This document shows, piece by piece, positions 25,317 through 37,685 of a DNA stretch of 64,000 nt. Position 1 is the stretch's first letter. Each line of letters begins with the position of its first letter. The translations under genes and the position numbers were made by a program. The DNA is taken from positions 62,001 through 126,000 of the forward strand of contig CBFDEM010000051.1 in assembly GCA_965603825.1 (NCBI GenBank), read 5' to 3'. This stretch comes from Blepharisma stoltei ATCC 30299 (taxonomy: Eukaryota; Protista; Ciliophora). The notes below the pieces were generated by a model. That model made no database searches. It worked only from the letters and a program-made list of their open reading frames with translations, and was not told the DNA's origin.

Positions 25317-28300
25317 ATGAAGCTCTGGCTGTTTTTCCTATTTATAGCTCTATTGACATCAATAGATGTATTCGTAGTCTATGACGATTATACAAGTATT
25401 AATATACCCCTTTTCAAGAGTAGCTTATTGTCAAGCTGATCTTTATCAAAAGAAATTAATGCAGAATTTATTGATTTTCCATCATTTCTCAACGAAAATC
25501 CTGAAAATATTCAAATTGTAATTGATCTTACCTCAAGTTTCCAGTCTCACTTTTACATTTCACAGCTTGCTTGGAGAAGCCATTTTATACATTTAACTCG
25601 AGAAAATTATAGTAAGGCTTATACTGACTGGTCTTTTTCTTTAAATCTGAATGTTGGTGAGTATTTTATAGCTATGAAGAATGTGTGACAAAATCTCAAT
25701 TGAATGAAAGGTGCTGTATTTCTTTCATTGGAATCTTTATTACTTAGAGATTCATTACACGATCAAATAGTCAATAATTTTTATTATGCTATTATAGAAA
25801 GCAGATCAGGAATTTCTGAAGTTATTAATAGAGAAGTATACAATTTAGGACAAAATTTATATTTTCTGTTTACAGGGAATGAAGTTTCTGAAGAAATCGT
25901 CAAAAAATTAGTAGAAACTAAACTTTTAAGTGCAGGAAGTGGCTTGTTTCTTACACAAGAATCTGGATACCAAGTAACGCTTGATGGATCTTTGATATTA
26001 ACCCCTAGAGGACAAGAATATACAACATCAGCCCAGGAATCTTTAATAGCAAACATTATCAATTTATTTGACCTATTACTCGAATATTTAAACAAAGGCG
26101 ACAATTATATGGACTGCGAAATTTCATTAAAAAACGCATTTATTTCGTTATGTGAAAATCATTTCTGTACTCATTTTTACAGTTTAGTGAATATTCAGTC
26201 AGGAAAAAGGGTGTATATAGCCGACGCTTTCTCTTCAAATTTTTCATCAATAATTTTCCCAGAAGGAAATACTATAGTGCCTTACCCTGAGAAAAAAAAA
26301 ATTAGTTTCAGCATAAGCAGCGGAATTTATGACTCTGATAGCAGTATTGCAGCTCTTCTTTTCCTCTTACAAAATTGAGGTGTCTTCACAGCAGTAGCCC
26401 AAGTAAACGGAGGGACTGATTTAATTCCTAATTTTTCTATTGAAACGACCATAATTAACTGCTGAGGAGAATCATATGAATTCCAATACTCCTATAAATG
26501 TTTTGGGCAAAATATTGCAGAGATTGGCGTCATGCACATCCCAACGACTCTTACTGAGCTTGTCCTTGGGACAATTAATATTTTTGACTCCTTAAATATT
26601 ACAATTCCTATAATTCCAGGGCTTTCTAATGACAATTCATTATCCTCTTCTGAGCTGTACCCTTATTTTTCTCGAACTACCTATGACTGGACTTATGTGA
26701 TTAATCAGTCCTTAAAACTTATATACACCCTTGGCTGGCGAAACTGCGCCGTTGTATATCAAAATGAATCATTTTTAGCCTCAGTCTACAGTGAATTTAT
26801 AAAAACAGCTAAAGAGTACAATGTTAATATTTTAAACAGAGAAGATTTAAGAGCTATTCCTCAAGATCTAATGGATTATAATAGTCTTTTGAACTATTCT
26901 TATATCATGCAAGAAGTGATTGATTCTAATGCAAAATTGGTAGTCATTATTATTTTTAGTCCTATTAATATCTATATTATGGATGTTTTTTATGATCTTG
27001 GAATCAGAAAAGGGGATTTTGTCATATTTTGGGCAACCACTGCGTGGATTAATTATATATATCAGTTTCCTGATCAAAATTTGACAAAAACAAAAGAAGT
27101 TTCACTTCCTTCTTTGTCATTAGACCAGCCTGCATTTGTAGGTGAAGTCGGAAACTGGGTAAATAGCCAGCTTTTATTAGCTTACGAGATCCCGTATAAT
27201 TGTCTTTCATGCTGGTCTTATGACTCTACAAGACTCGTAATTAATGCTCTTGACTATATGATTAATCGAGGCTTAGACTATTCAAATGGAACCCTATTAA
27301 TGAGCGCCATAAGAAAACAGAACTTTTCTGGCTGCTCAGGGAGTATTAGAATCGAGCCAGACAACAATAACCGGTTTATTAATTCCCTTGTAGTCAAAAA
27401 TGCTATATTAAATGAAAGCAGTGGGCAAGTCATATTAGAAGAAATCGGCAATTGAGCCCCTTCAGGAAATACCTTACTTATTATGAATAAGCCTATAGTT
27501 TACTATGGAAATTCCTCAGGCAAGCCAAATGACTTTAGAATTGTATTAAATAATTGTAATTTTAGGGAATCACAAATAAAACCATTCATGAAAGGGCGAT
27601 ATTTGATGAGTGGTATAGGGATTATTGTCGTCGTTTGGACGTGCTTTATCACATTTTGTGCTTGAAAAAGGTGAAGCCAGGTTGTAATCCCTGAGCTTGT
27701 ATCTCAAGAAGAAGCCTCAATCCAAGATTTTATTATGGGCGCTACCATTATCATTGAATTTTTTCAACTTTTAATGCTAGGACCTAGCATTAAGCCAATT
27801 AGCCCTTTTTTATATTCAATAGGAGATGCCTTATCTTTAAATTTTGACGAATTTATTACAGTGAAAAACGGAATTTTTTGGATTATTATTGACTTTGTTT
27901 TTGGTGGGGTATTTATATGGGTAGTTTTATCAGTAATTGTGCTGCTTAATCTTGGGGAGAAAAAGTTTTGAGGAGACCGAGTAATTAGAAAGCTGAATGA
28001 TTATGCTGAAGATTTGATTCCGATTTTAGGAAATTTATGCTTTATTCCTTTTATTTCGTTACTAATGGATGTATTTGTGTGTGATAAAGCTATTGGTGAC
28101 AGATTTACTGATAGCTTTATGATGAAAGACTGCTATCAGTTTTGTTGAAAAGACGAGCATTTGATATACTCCATCTTTTCTGGAATTGCCATCATTTTAT
28201 ATGAGCCACTTGCTGTTTTCTTCAGACCTCTATGACAAGAAATGCATACTTTAGCCCATGTAAAGTATCTCCCTATACACCTAATGGAAAAATCATTATT

Positions 28301-28718
28301 TCAGATAATTTTTATTGTGCTGAATAAAACAGTAAAACGTGCCCAAAGCTTGGCTTATGGGATCATATTTACTATTATTTCTGCATCATATGCAATCTTT
28401 ACTCTAAAATACAAGGCTTATAATTATGAAAGGTTCAGTTGGTGGCTGTCTTTAAGCTTATTTGGAGTATCTTGAGGATCGATTTTAGCTACTATAAAAA
28501 ATGAAACAGGGGACAATTCTTTTATATGGGTCATTCTTTTACTTATAGGCTGATCTCTTATAATAGGTGTAGGCATAACAGTGCAGCAAGTAAAATATCC
28601 AAGCTTTTTATATCGAGCTCAAAGCATAAATACCGAAAAACTCTACCAATTTGCTTTTTCTTTTACTACAAAAAACATATTTGAATTAGATGTAGCGGAT
28701 GTTAATTTTTTGACATAA
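25317..28718 (+). CDS. Venus-flytrap receptor copy 4, 1133 aa
   Basis: One frame from ATG 25317 to TAA 28716-28718 with TGA=Trp; closest to copy 3. Confidence 0.85.
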
Positions 28719-28835
28719 TTTTAAATTTTTTTATATTTAACTATCCAAGCCTACAGAAAAAATATTTAATTTCTATTTTACTGAGCATAAATATTCATAA
28801 ATAATCTAAATTATCCTATATTAAATAGCTTATCT

Positions 28836-31800
28836 CTAATTCATTGAAATCAGACCCAATACTAGCAGCCAAATCCAAGAGAAGATCAGATCCATTGACC
28901 CTGACTTGCTTTCACACATATTCGTGGTTGGGTTAAACTTCCCCTTTGCACAAGAACAAGTCCCGTTTCCATTATTAACCGTTGCAGATGCATCTTGACA
29001 GGTTATACATACATTTGCAGCACTACAAGTAGCACAGCTAACATCACAAGGAGAACAAGTATTCGAATTTTCTACCAAATAGTAACCATTCTTGCATACA
29101 CATGCTTCTTCTTGGGTATTAAATTCTTTCAAAGTATCATAACATGTGCATGACCCATCAGCGTTTAAGCTCATATTATTCTGGTCAAAACAAATTTTGC
29201 AGGTATTCTGATCACTGCATTGAGAACAGCCTGTATCACAAGCTGTGCAGACATTGGTTAAGCTGTTATAATACCCAGGGTTGCATGCACAAGTCACAGC
29301 TCCTGGGAAGATTGACGCATTTTTGTCATTGCATTTACAAACTCCATTCACAACTGCAGCATTTTGAGTGTCGTAACAACTTGTGCAGCTATTTGGATCT
29401 CCACAAGCAGAGCATCCATTTCCACATGAAGAGCAGGAATTTCCATTAGAGTAATATCCTTGGTTGCAGCCACATATTTGCCTTTGGGAGTTAAAAACAG
29501 CATTTGGATCACTACAAACACAGACCCCAGAACTAATAACTGTATGTGAAGGATCAAAACAAACAGAGCAGGACGTCTGGGACACACATTTTTGGCATGT
29601 AGATGGGCATGGGATACAAGCGCCACCACTGTTCCAATACCCGTCGTCACAAACACAAAGCTTCTGGGAGTTATCAAAATTGGCATCAGGGTCATCACAG
29701 AAGCAAGCTCCTGAAGTAGAAATTGAGGTATGGGCTTGGTCATAGCAGGTTACACAGTTTGTTGGGCTTGTACAGGTCTGGCAGCCTGCCCCACATGCAG
29801 CACATACACCATTCTTCCCTTTATAATACCCTGGGGCACATTGACATACATTGGTATTTGTGCTGAAAACGGCATTTTTGTCAATACAGGAGCAAGATCC
29901 ATTGCTATTGTTAATTGTATTTATAGGATCATAGCAGGCAGAACAAGAAGAAGCACTCGCACAAAATGCACAGCCAGAGGAGCATAATAAGCATTTATTG
30001 TAAGAACTGTTGAAATAGTACCCATTATTGCAGACACATTTATTAGAACTTGTACTGAAAGTAGCATTTGGGTCTGTGCAAGTGCAGACACCATTGGAAA
30101 GGGTTGAATAGTTTGGGTCAACGCAGGCTGTACAAAAAGTAGCTTGATTTATGCATTGGGCACATGGAGCGGTGCATGGAGAGCAGACTGTGTTGGAGCT
30201 GTAGTAATAGCCGGAGTTACAGGAACAGACATTGTTGGCTAAGGTAGAATAGTTTGGACAGGCACAAGTTGGAGCGGCTGACATGTGGGTGGCGTCAACA
30301 CAGGTGAGACAGTTGGTAGAGGAGGTAGTGCAAGTTGAACATTGGATGCTACATGCAGAGCACATAGTATTGCTGCTGTAATAGAAACCAGGGTTACATA
30401 CACAGTTGCCATTAGTTAAAGTACTGCTGGTTGGGCAGGAACAGGCTGGAGCTGCTGACATATGAGTGGTATCAACACATGTAGAACAAGCTGCAGCTGA
30501 GGTAGAGCAAGTGGCACATTGAGCATTGCAAGCTGAACAAGTGGTTGCGGATGAATAGTAATATCCAGGGCTACAGACACAATTGCCATTCGTAAGGGCT
30601 GAATTAGTAGGGCAGGAGCATTGAGGAGCTGCGGACATATGAGTAGTATCAGCACAGGTCTGGCAGTTAGTGTTTGATGTCTGGCAAGTCCCACATTGAG
30701 GTGCACATTGAGCGCATACAGTATTGCTGCTGTAATAGTACCCATTATTACATACACAAGTATTTCCTACCAATGTGCTCAATGCTGGGCAATAGCACTG
30801 AGGAGGGTTCCCCATATGGACAGCATCAGTGCAGGTAACACAATTTAAGGCAGAATTCACACAAGATGCGCAGTTTGTGGCACATTGGGTACATGTAGTA
30901 GGATTGCTATAGAAAAAGCCTGTATTGCAGACACATTGACTGTTAGTAAACGTTGAGCTTGTAGGACAAGTGCAGGTAGGTATGCCATTGGTATGAACAG
31001 AATCAGTACAAGCAGTACAAGTATTTAAAGCAGAGCAAGTTTGGCATTGCCCAGCACAAGGCGAGCAGACTGAGTTGCTAGAATAATAATACCCATCATT
31101 GCAGACACATTGTCCATTAGTAAGGGTCGAAAATGCAGGACATGCACAAACAGGGGCTGCAGTCATATGCGTGGTGTCTGAACAGGTCAAACAATTTGCT
31201 TGGGTATTCGCACAGGTTCCGCAGTTTCCAGCACATTGAGAGCACACAGTATTTGAAGAGTAAAAATACCCAGCATTGCAAACACAGGTATTACCAACTA
31301 ATGTAGCTTGGGCAGGACAGTTGCAGCCTGGAGCATTTGACATATGAGTCGTATCAGTGCAGCTTTCACAGTTAGTAGAAGACTGAGAACAGGTCGCACA
31401 TTGTCCTGAACATTGAGAACAGGTAGTAGCTGAGCTGTAATAGTAACCAGGATTGCAGACACAAGCACCTGTAGTAAAGGTAGACTGAGCTGGACACTGA
31501 CAAGCAGGAGCTGCTGTCATGTGAATTGAGTCTATACAAGTATCACAAGTATTAGGGTTTGTATCACAAGTAGCACAGTTAGTGTTGCAGGCTAGACAGG
31601 TTGTAGGGGTGCTGTAATAGTACCCAGGGTTGCATTGGCAAGTGTTTCCGTTTAGGAATCCATTTGTAGGGCAAGAACATGTAGGGGCAGCTGACATATG
31701 AGTAGTATCAACACAAGCATTGCAATTGGCAGCTGTATTTGTGCATCCTGCACAATTTGTACTGCAAGGAGAACAGACACTGGCAGAGCTGAAATAATAG

Positions 31801-34781
31801 CCTGCATTACAGACACAAAGTCCATTAACTAAGGAGCTTAAAGCAGGACAAGCACATGCAGGAGCAGCTGTCATATGAACTGTATCAATGCAGGTTGCAC
31901 AATTCGCCGCTGAACCAGTACAGCTTTGGCAGTTATTCTGACATGCTGAGCATACAGTATTTGAGCTATAAAAGTACCCAGTATTACAAACACAAGTAGT
32001 CCCGGTCAGAGCTGAATTGGTAGGACATGCACAACTAGGAGCAGCTGACATATGAGTTGTGTCTTTGCAGGTATCACATGTATTAGGATTTAAGTCACAA
32101 CTGGCACAATTAGGTAAACAAGCAGAACAAACTGTAGCGGAACTGTAATAATAACCTATATTGCAGGCACAAATGTTGCCGACTAGACTTCCATTTGCAG
32201 GGCAAGCACAAGCTGGGGCTGCAGTCATATGAGTATTATCCACACAAGATCCACAATTGGTATTGGTGTTAGTGCAGCTAACGCATTGTGGAGCACAAGC
32301 AGCACAAACGGTATTTGAGCTGAAGTAATAACCTGTGTTACAAGTGCAGGTTCCAGCAACCAAAGCTGAAAAGTTTGGACAAGAGCAGGTTGGAGGATTT
32401 CCCATATGGACAGTATCAATACAAGCTGAACAGGTAGAGTCTGACACAGAACAGGCAGAACACTGAGTAGCACAAGGGCTACATTGGCCATTAGCAGAGA
32501 AATAATACCCAGTATTGCAAATACACTGTCCACCAGCGTTGACAGAGTTTGCTGGACAAGCACAAGCAGGAGCAGCTGTCATATGAGTGGTATCAGTACA
32601 AGTCAAACAGTTCCCAGCTGTATTAGAACAGGTCGCACAGTTTGTACTGCAAGCAGTACAGGTCGTCGCTGTCCCAGAACTATAGAAAAACCCAGCATTG
32701 CAGGTACATACATTATTGGCGAGGAGTGAGTTAGTTGGGCAAGCACATGTAGGGGCTGCTGACATATGGACTGTATCAATGCAGGTTGAGCAACTAGTTC
32801 CAGTGGTACAAGTGGCACAGTTAATAGCACAAGCAGAGCAGAGAGTATTAGAAGAATAATAAAAGCCTGGGTTACACACACATGCCCCTCCAGTAAGTGT
32901 TGAAGAAGCAGGGCAGGCACAGGTAGGTGGAGCGCTCATATGAGTGGTATCAATGCAGGCAATACAGGCTGCTGCAGTATTTTGGCAACTCGCACAGTTA
33001 CCATTGCATGCAGAACAGGTGGTAGAGGAGCTGAAATAGAATCCTGCATTACAAACACATTGTCCTTGAGAGACTGTAGAGGAGGCTGGGCAGTTACATG
33101 TAGGAATTGCCATATGGGTGGTATCAGTGCAGGAATCACAAACAGTTGGGCTTGTATTGCAGGTTGCACAGTTGCCTTGGCATGGAGAACAAGTGTTTGC
33201 ATTAGAAAAGTAATAGCCTGTATTGCACACACAGGTAGTTCCTTGCTGAGAAGAGTTCGCTGGACATTGGCAGTTAGGAGCTGCTGTCATATGAGTGGGA
33301 TCAGCGCAGGTTAAACAAGCAGTTCCAGAACTACAAGTTGCACAGTTAGTTTGACATGCAGTGCATACAGTAGCTGCTGAAAAATAGTATCCAGCGTTGC
33401 ATACACAAGCGCCTGCAGTCAGCTGAGAATTTGCTGGGCAGTAACAATTAGGTGCTCCTAAGCTGTGAGTTTGGTCAGTGCATGAAGAACATACGCTAGC
33501 ATCTACAGTGCAAGCAGCACACTGAGGGCTGCAAGCTTGACATACATTATTAGTAGAATAATACCCAGGGCTGCAAACACAAAAAGTCCCTATAAGATTT
33601 GAATTCGCAGTACAAGCACAAGCTGGGGCAGCCGACATATGATTCGGATCCACACAAGTCACGCAATTATTCGCTGCTGTTGTACAGCTTCCACAATTTG
33701 AATTGCAAGCAGTGCAGGTTGTTGTATCACTATAAAAATACCCAGCATTACAAGCACAAGCTGTTCCAGATAGGGCTGAGTTTAGAGGACACCCACAGGT
33801 TGGTGCCGCACTCATATGGGTTATGTCAACGCAAGTTACGCAATTTGTATTAGAAACAGTGCATGATGAACATTGGGTGGCACATGCAGAACAGGCAGTG
33901 TTGGAGCTGAAGTAATAGCCTGCATTACAGACACAATTAGACCCTGATAAGGCTCCGTTAGTTGGGCAGGCACAAGTTGGAGGAGCTGTCATATGAGTGG
34001 TATCAGTGCAGGCAATGCAAGTGGTAGCGTCGCTACAGGTGGAACAAGGAGGAGCGCAAGCAGTGCATGTTGTGCCAGTTAGGTAATAGCCAGTTACACA
34101 GCTGGCACATTGGGCATCGTTTCCTACTACACAAGTGGCACAAGGTGCTACGCAATCTTTAAGGATTGGCTGATCTGTGAGAGCTTCTAAGCTTTCTTCA
34201 AGATCTTTGACAAATTTTTTGTTTTCTCCGTTGAAGACAGCTCTGATAATTCCTCTGCTTAGCAAGGTAACTTTTTTGTCTTCATTGAGCCCTTTATAAG
34301 TTTTTGGATCTACCTGAATTTCTACACTAATGAGCTGGTTTTCATTAGATACTTCACAGACCTTGAAGCTGGTAGAATTCTGCTTAAAGTTGTCACTTAT
34401 GGTGAAAAATACGACCAAGTCTGCTTCAATCCCTCCAAGCTTCATGTAATTTTCTAGCTGGATGCCATCACAGCTATTTTTTTCGCCAAGCTTAAGAGGC
34501 TGGGCTATTGGCTTGACGAACAAGAATTGTGATAAGATTTCTGATGCTTTATAGGCTGAGTCTTCTAAATCTTCCAATAAATCATCCATATGTGGAGATA
34601 TGGAATTAACTTCTATATGAACTCGGGCTGGCCTATAAATTTCTTTAAATTGGCTTGATTCAGCTTGGATTCTGGGAAGAAACTGTGGAGTGTCCTTAGG
34701 AGAAAACACAGAAGAAGCTGAAGAAAAACCAATTGCTAAGAGGATAAGCAAGGCGAAGGTGGGTTTCTTCACCATATTCAT
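28836..34781 (-). CDS. Cys-rich furin/EGF-like repeat surface protein 1 (~1981 aa), signal peptide and probable GPI signal
   Basis: Intact ORF with 22 ~59-aa CxxC repeats carrying 'H(M)SAAP' plus 7 variant repeats. Hydrophobic C-terminus SKSGSMDLIFSWIWLLVLGLISMN; TAG stop. Confidence 0.9.
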   Translation of the reverse strand: MNMVKKPTFALLILLAIGFSSASSVFSPKDTPQFLPRIQAESSQFKEIYRPARVHIEVNSISPHMDDLLEDLEDSAYKASEILSQFLFVKPIAQPLKLGEKNSCDGIQLENYMKLGGIEADLVVFFTISDNFKQNSTSFKVCEVSNENQLISVEIQVDPKTYKGLNEDKKVTLLSRGIIRAVFNGENKKFVKDLEESLEALTDQPILKDCVAPCATCVVGNDAQCASCVTGYYLTGTTCTACAPPCSTCSDATTCIACTDTTHMTAPPTCACPTNGALSGSNCVCNAGYYFSSNTACSACATQCSSCTVSNTNCVTCVDITHMSAAPTCGCPLNSALSGTACACNAGYFYSDTTTCTACNSNCGSCTTAANNCVTCVDPNHMSAAPACACTANSNLIGTFCVCSPGYYSTNNVCQACSPQCAACTVDASVCSSCTDQTHSLGAPNCYCPANSQLTAGACVCNAGYYFSAATVCTACQTNCATCSSGTACLTCADPTHMTAAPNCQCPANSSQQGTTCVCNTGYYFSNANTCSPCQGNCATCNTSPTVCDSCTDTTHMAIPTCNCPASSTVSQGQCVCNAGFYFSSSTTCSACNGNCASCQNTAAACIACIDTTHMSAPPTCACPASSTLTGGACVCNPGFYYSSNTLCSACAINCATCTTGTSCSTCIDTVHMSAAPTCACPTNSLLANNVCTCNAGFFYSSGTATTCTACSTNCATCSNTAGNCLTCTDTTHMTAAPACACPANSVNAGGQCICNTGYYFSANGQCSPCATQCSACSVSDSTCSACIDTVHMGNPPTCSCPNFSALVAGTCTCNTGYYFSSNTVCAACAPQCVSCTNTNTNCGSCVDNTHMTAAPACACPANGSLVGNICACNIGYYYSSATVCSACLPNCASCDLNPNTCDTCKDTTHMSAAPSCACPTNSALTGTTCVCNTGYFYSSNTVCSACQNNCQSCTGSAANCATCIDTVHMTAAPACACPALSSLVNGLCVCNAGYYFSSASVCSPCSTNCAGCTNTAANCNACVDTTHMSAAPTCSCPTNGFLNGNTCQCNPGYYYSTPTTCLACNTNCATCDTNPNTCDTCIDSIHMTAAPACQCPAQSTFTTGACVCNPGYYYSSATTCSQCSGQCATCSQSSTNCESCTDTTHMSNAPGCNCPAQATLVGNTCVCNAGYFYSSNTVCSQCAGNCGTCANTQANCLTCSDTTHMTAAPVCACPAFSTLTNGQCVCNDGYYYSSNSVCSPCAGQCQTCSALNTCTACTDSVHTNGIPTCTCPTSSTFTNSQCVCNTGFFYSNPTTCTQCATNCASCVNSALNCVTCTDAVHMGNPPQCYCPALSTLVGNTCVCNNGYYYSSNTVCAQCAPQCGTCQTSNTNCQTCADTTHMSAAPQCSCPTNSALTNGNCVCSPGYYYSSATTCSACNAQCATCSTSAAACSTCVDTTHMSAAPACSCPTSSTLTNGNCVCNPGFYYSSNTMCSACSIQCSTCTTSSTNCLTCVDATHMSAAPTCACPNYSTLANNVCSCNSGYYYSSNTVCSPCTAPCAQCINQATFCTACVDPNYSTLSNGVCTCTDPNATFSTSSNKCVCNNGYYFNSSYNKCLLCSSGCAFCASASSCSACYDPINTINNSNGSCSCIDKNAVFSTNTNVCQCAPGYYKGKNGVCAACGAGCQTCTSPTNCVTCYDQAHTSISTSGACFCDDPDANFDNSQKLCVCDDGYWNSGGACIPCPSTCQKCVSQTSCSVCFDPSHTVISSGVCVCSDPNAVFNSQRQICGCNQGYYSNGNSCSSCGNGCSACGDPNSCTSCYDTQNAAVVNGVCKCNDKNASIFPGAVTCACNPGYYNSLTNVCTACDTGCSQCSDQNTCKICFDQNNMSLNADGSCTCYDTLKEFNTQEEACVCKNGYYLVENSNTCSPCDVSCATCSAANVCITCQDASATVNNGNGTCSCAKGKFNPTTNMCESKSGSMDLIFSWIWLLVLGLISMN

Positions 34782-35929
34782 TATTACCACATCTTTGAGT
34801 TCAGATCATTAGCGGATATGGTGAAACAAAGATGACTGATAAACCTATGAGTGAGGAGGGAAATTAGGAAAATTGGGGATCTTCAGAAAGTAATAGGAAA
34901 GATAAGTAAATAGAAATTAAAAATTGAAAGAAAAATTTACGAAGAAAATTGTAAGAAATTCAGAAATTAAATAAGTTAATCTTGATTATTGAGAATTTAT
35001 GACAGCGAGATTCTTTAGAAAATATGTTTTTAGAAATAATTTTAGGTAAATTTATAAATTAATGTAATTTAATGACAAAGCACAACTCAGATTGCTCATT
35101 AAGGACTCAGGGTTAACTTACATCATTTATTAGTTCTCTCATTTACTACAATTTCACATTGCTATACTAAAAAGAACTCCTTATCAAAATTAATTCAAGC
35201 ATTCATCTAAACCTCATCAATTTTATTTACAGATTATATTTGCTTATGTGGCTGATAATTGATACTTCTAAGTGTGAGTCAACGAAATACTCAACAGTTT
35301 TATGCAATGCCATATGATTTCAGCAAGTCTTTATCTGCATGATAAACTCAAATGAAAGCAGAAATCTTCAGATTAAAAAGTATTTTTAAAATAATTATTG
35401 ATTTTTATGATTTCACATGGATTTGGTAGGATAAAAGGAAAAACCATTAAGTTGGAGTTTTCTAAAAGATAATAGAGAAAACTTCCAAATAAATTTAATT
35501 GCTTCTTATATATGGTTCTCAGGAGAGCGAATTTAGTGAATTTTTGGTCTTTAAAGCTTGTTTAAAATAAAAATACTTTTAAACTTTTGGTCTTAGTTTG
35601 CCTTTCTTCAGTTTTATTATTCTTAAAATCTTGTTCAAGGCAAAGAAAAGCAGCCATGAAATATCAATACAAAATTCACTATGGCATTTATATTCTGATT
35701 AAAAATCAAGCAGGATCATACTAAATTGAAAATAAAATAATCACAGAGGATTATTAGTCGAAATGAGAAATAAAAAGACCATGGTTTGATTTTTTATCAG
35801 ATTTTTAGCAATTCAAATTGAATGATAAATCATAGATCATTTCTTTCGTTTTATCTATCACATAAGATAAAGAATAAATCATTATATGAAATGACAAGGA
35901 TTTAATTTTTAATATTTGAAAAATATTAA

Positions 35930-37270
35930 GCATTTTGATTAATCTCTGCCATGGTTCTCCTTCAGACACTTTAATTAGCAAATTCGAAGCACTGAATACA
36001 GAATTATCTGGCTTTTTCAATTTTCTATCCTCATGAATTGCATAATCAGATCCGCAAACTTAGTTTCGCTTGCAGAGTTTGTAAAAAAGCCTTGTCATTG
36101 CATCATTAAGAGAATCCAGGTCCATAACCATCCTATCATGTAGTCTTTATTACGTTTAAGCAATCCACAATATTATGGTAGGCTATTATTGATGGGCCAG
36201 TGCCGTCTCAATTTCATGCTTGAGTTTAAGGTTTGTTTTCTGCTGAGATGAGAAGTACGGAAAATTTAATCCTTAAGTACTTGCTTGATTTTTTGTCTTA
36301 TTACCCCTAAGTGCTTCTAAAAGTAAATGCAAACAAAAACCCCTGCAAAGCTTCTTTGTTTAAATAAGCTTCTATTAATGCCTCTGATTCCTTCTTAAAG
36401 CTCAGCTCCATAAGGCCAAAGCTATTTTTGAAAGCATCTTTGACTCTTAAAGTCTGTCATTTTGTATTCTAATTAGATTTTTAAATACTTCAGCTGTTTG
36501 CTTCATTTGCTTATTTGTTTCTTTCTCTATATTCATGGACTTTTTATGATCTTTATCTTTTTATTTCAGCTTTCAAATTTTCGTTTTCTCTATTTCTTGT
36601 GTTCTGAAGTCCTCGAGCTTTTTTTGATTCATTTTATGTTCTTTTTATTTTCCTCTTTATTATTGACTTTTCTCTCTAAATCATCTATTAGCGAATTTTT
36701 GTACAAATCTCTGCCTTTAATTTCCTGCGACTCCTCTCTTTCCAATTTCAGGACATTGATCTTATCAGCGCTTCACTTTCTAGGCATTCTTTTAGCACCG
36801 TTAAATGAGAGTCTAGCTCACATCATCCTTTTAAGAAATAATTAAGCTCTTCTGCGCAGGATAGGCTCGCTTTTCCCATTATCTCGTTTATTCTCGTTCT
36901 GTAGTCTTCAATTGAGATGGAGTTTTGGCTTTCTTCCATTAATCTATTTAGAGATCCCCTAAAAACGTCTCCTAACCTAAATAAAGTTTCTGATTTTCAA
37001 CTTTTTCGATCTTCATAAATTGCATAATCAGATTTGCAAATCCAAATCGTTTGCAGAGTTTGATAAAGGCTGACCTCATCGCTTCGTTAAAAAATTCAGG
37101 CCCATAACTGTTCATTCAGCATTTCACTACTTTTTATATAATCTCAAGCAATTCATCAATGCTAGCTTTTATATGATGGAGCCAGCACCATCTGACTTTC
37201 TTGTTGGAGTTGAGGATCTTTTCTGCTGAGCACGTAAAATCCTTAAATTTAATCTTGAAGTATTAGCTTG
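35930..37270 (-). pseudogene. Two decayed tandem copies of an unknown gene (YGPEFFNEAMRSAFIKLCKRFGFANLIMQFMKIE-like)
   Basis: 36016-36290 aligns with 36996-37272 (for example 'aattgcataatcagat', 'ttgcagagtttg', 'ttttctgctgag'); multiple stops and frameshifts. Confidence 0.5.
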
Positions 37271-37369
37271 ACTCTTTCTCTGAAAGTTATACTTATTACA
37301 ATAAACAAAGGATTTGGAAAGAGAACATTTATATATATTTTATTAATGCATTGAGATCAACTTGCTATT

Positions 37370-37480
37370 CAAATTTGGTATTCTCCTGAGAACAATAAAT
37401 TATAACCTTGAGTGCATTGACAATTATAGAGGATCAATAAAAGAAGTTTAAGGATCATAATATCTACAATTAACTGCAAT
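37370..37480 (-). pseudogene. Heavily decayed relic of a Cys-rich surface gene tail
   Basis: Reads CRYYDP*TSF..CQCTQGY, matching CRCWDPYASF..CKCIQGY at 38100-38175. Confidence 0.55.
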
Positions 37481-37685
37481 CCTATATAAAAATAAGCCAG
37501 CATAAATACTAAAAAAAGCAATTATAATAAATGAAATAAATTGTATTATGCACTATTACAAAACATCTTATGTTGAAACGATATGGAATATTAGTGCAAG
37601 TGATTTACTATTGTTTTTAACTATTAATTTCATTATTATAGATCTTTTTATTGATTCGCTATAATATATAAATCTATTATTTTTA

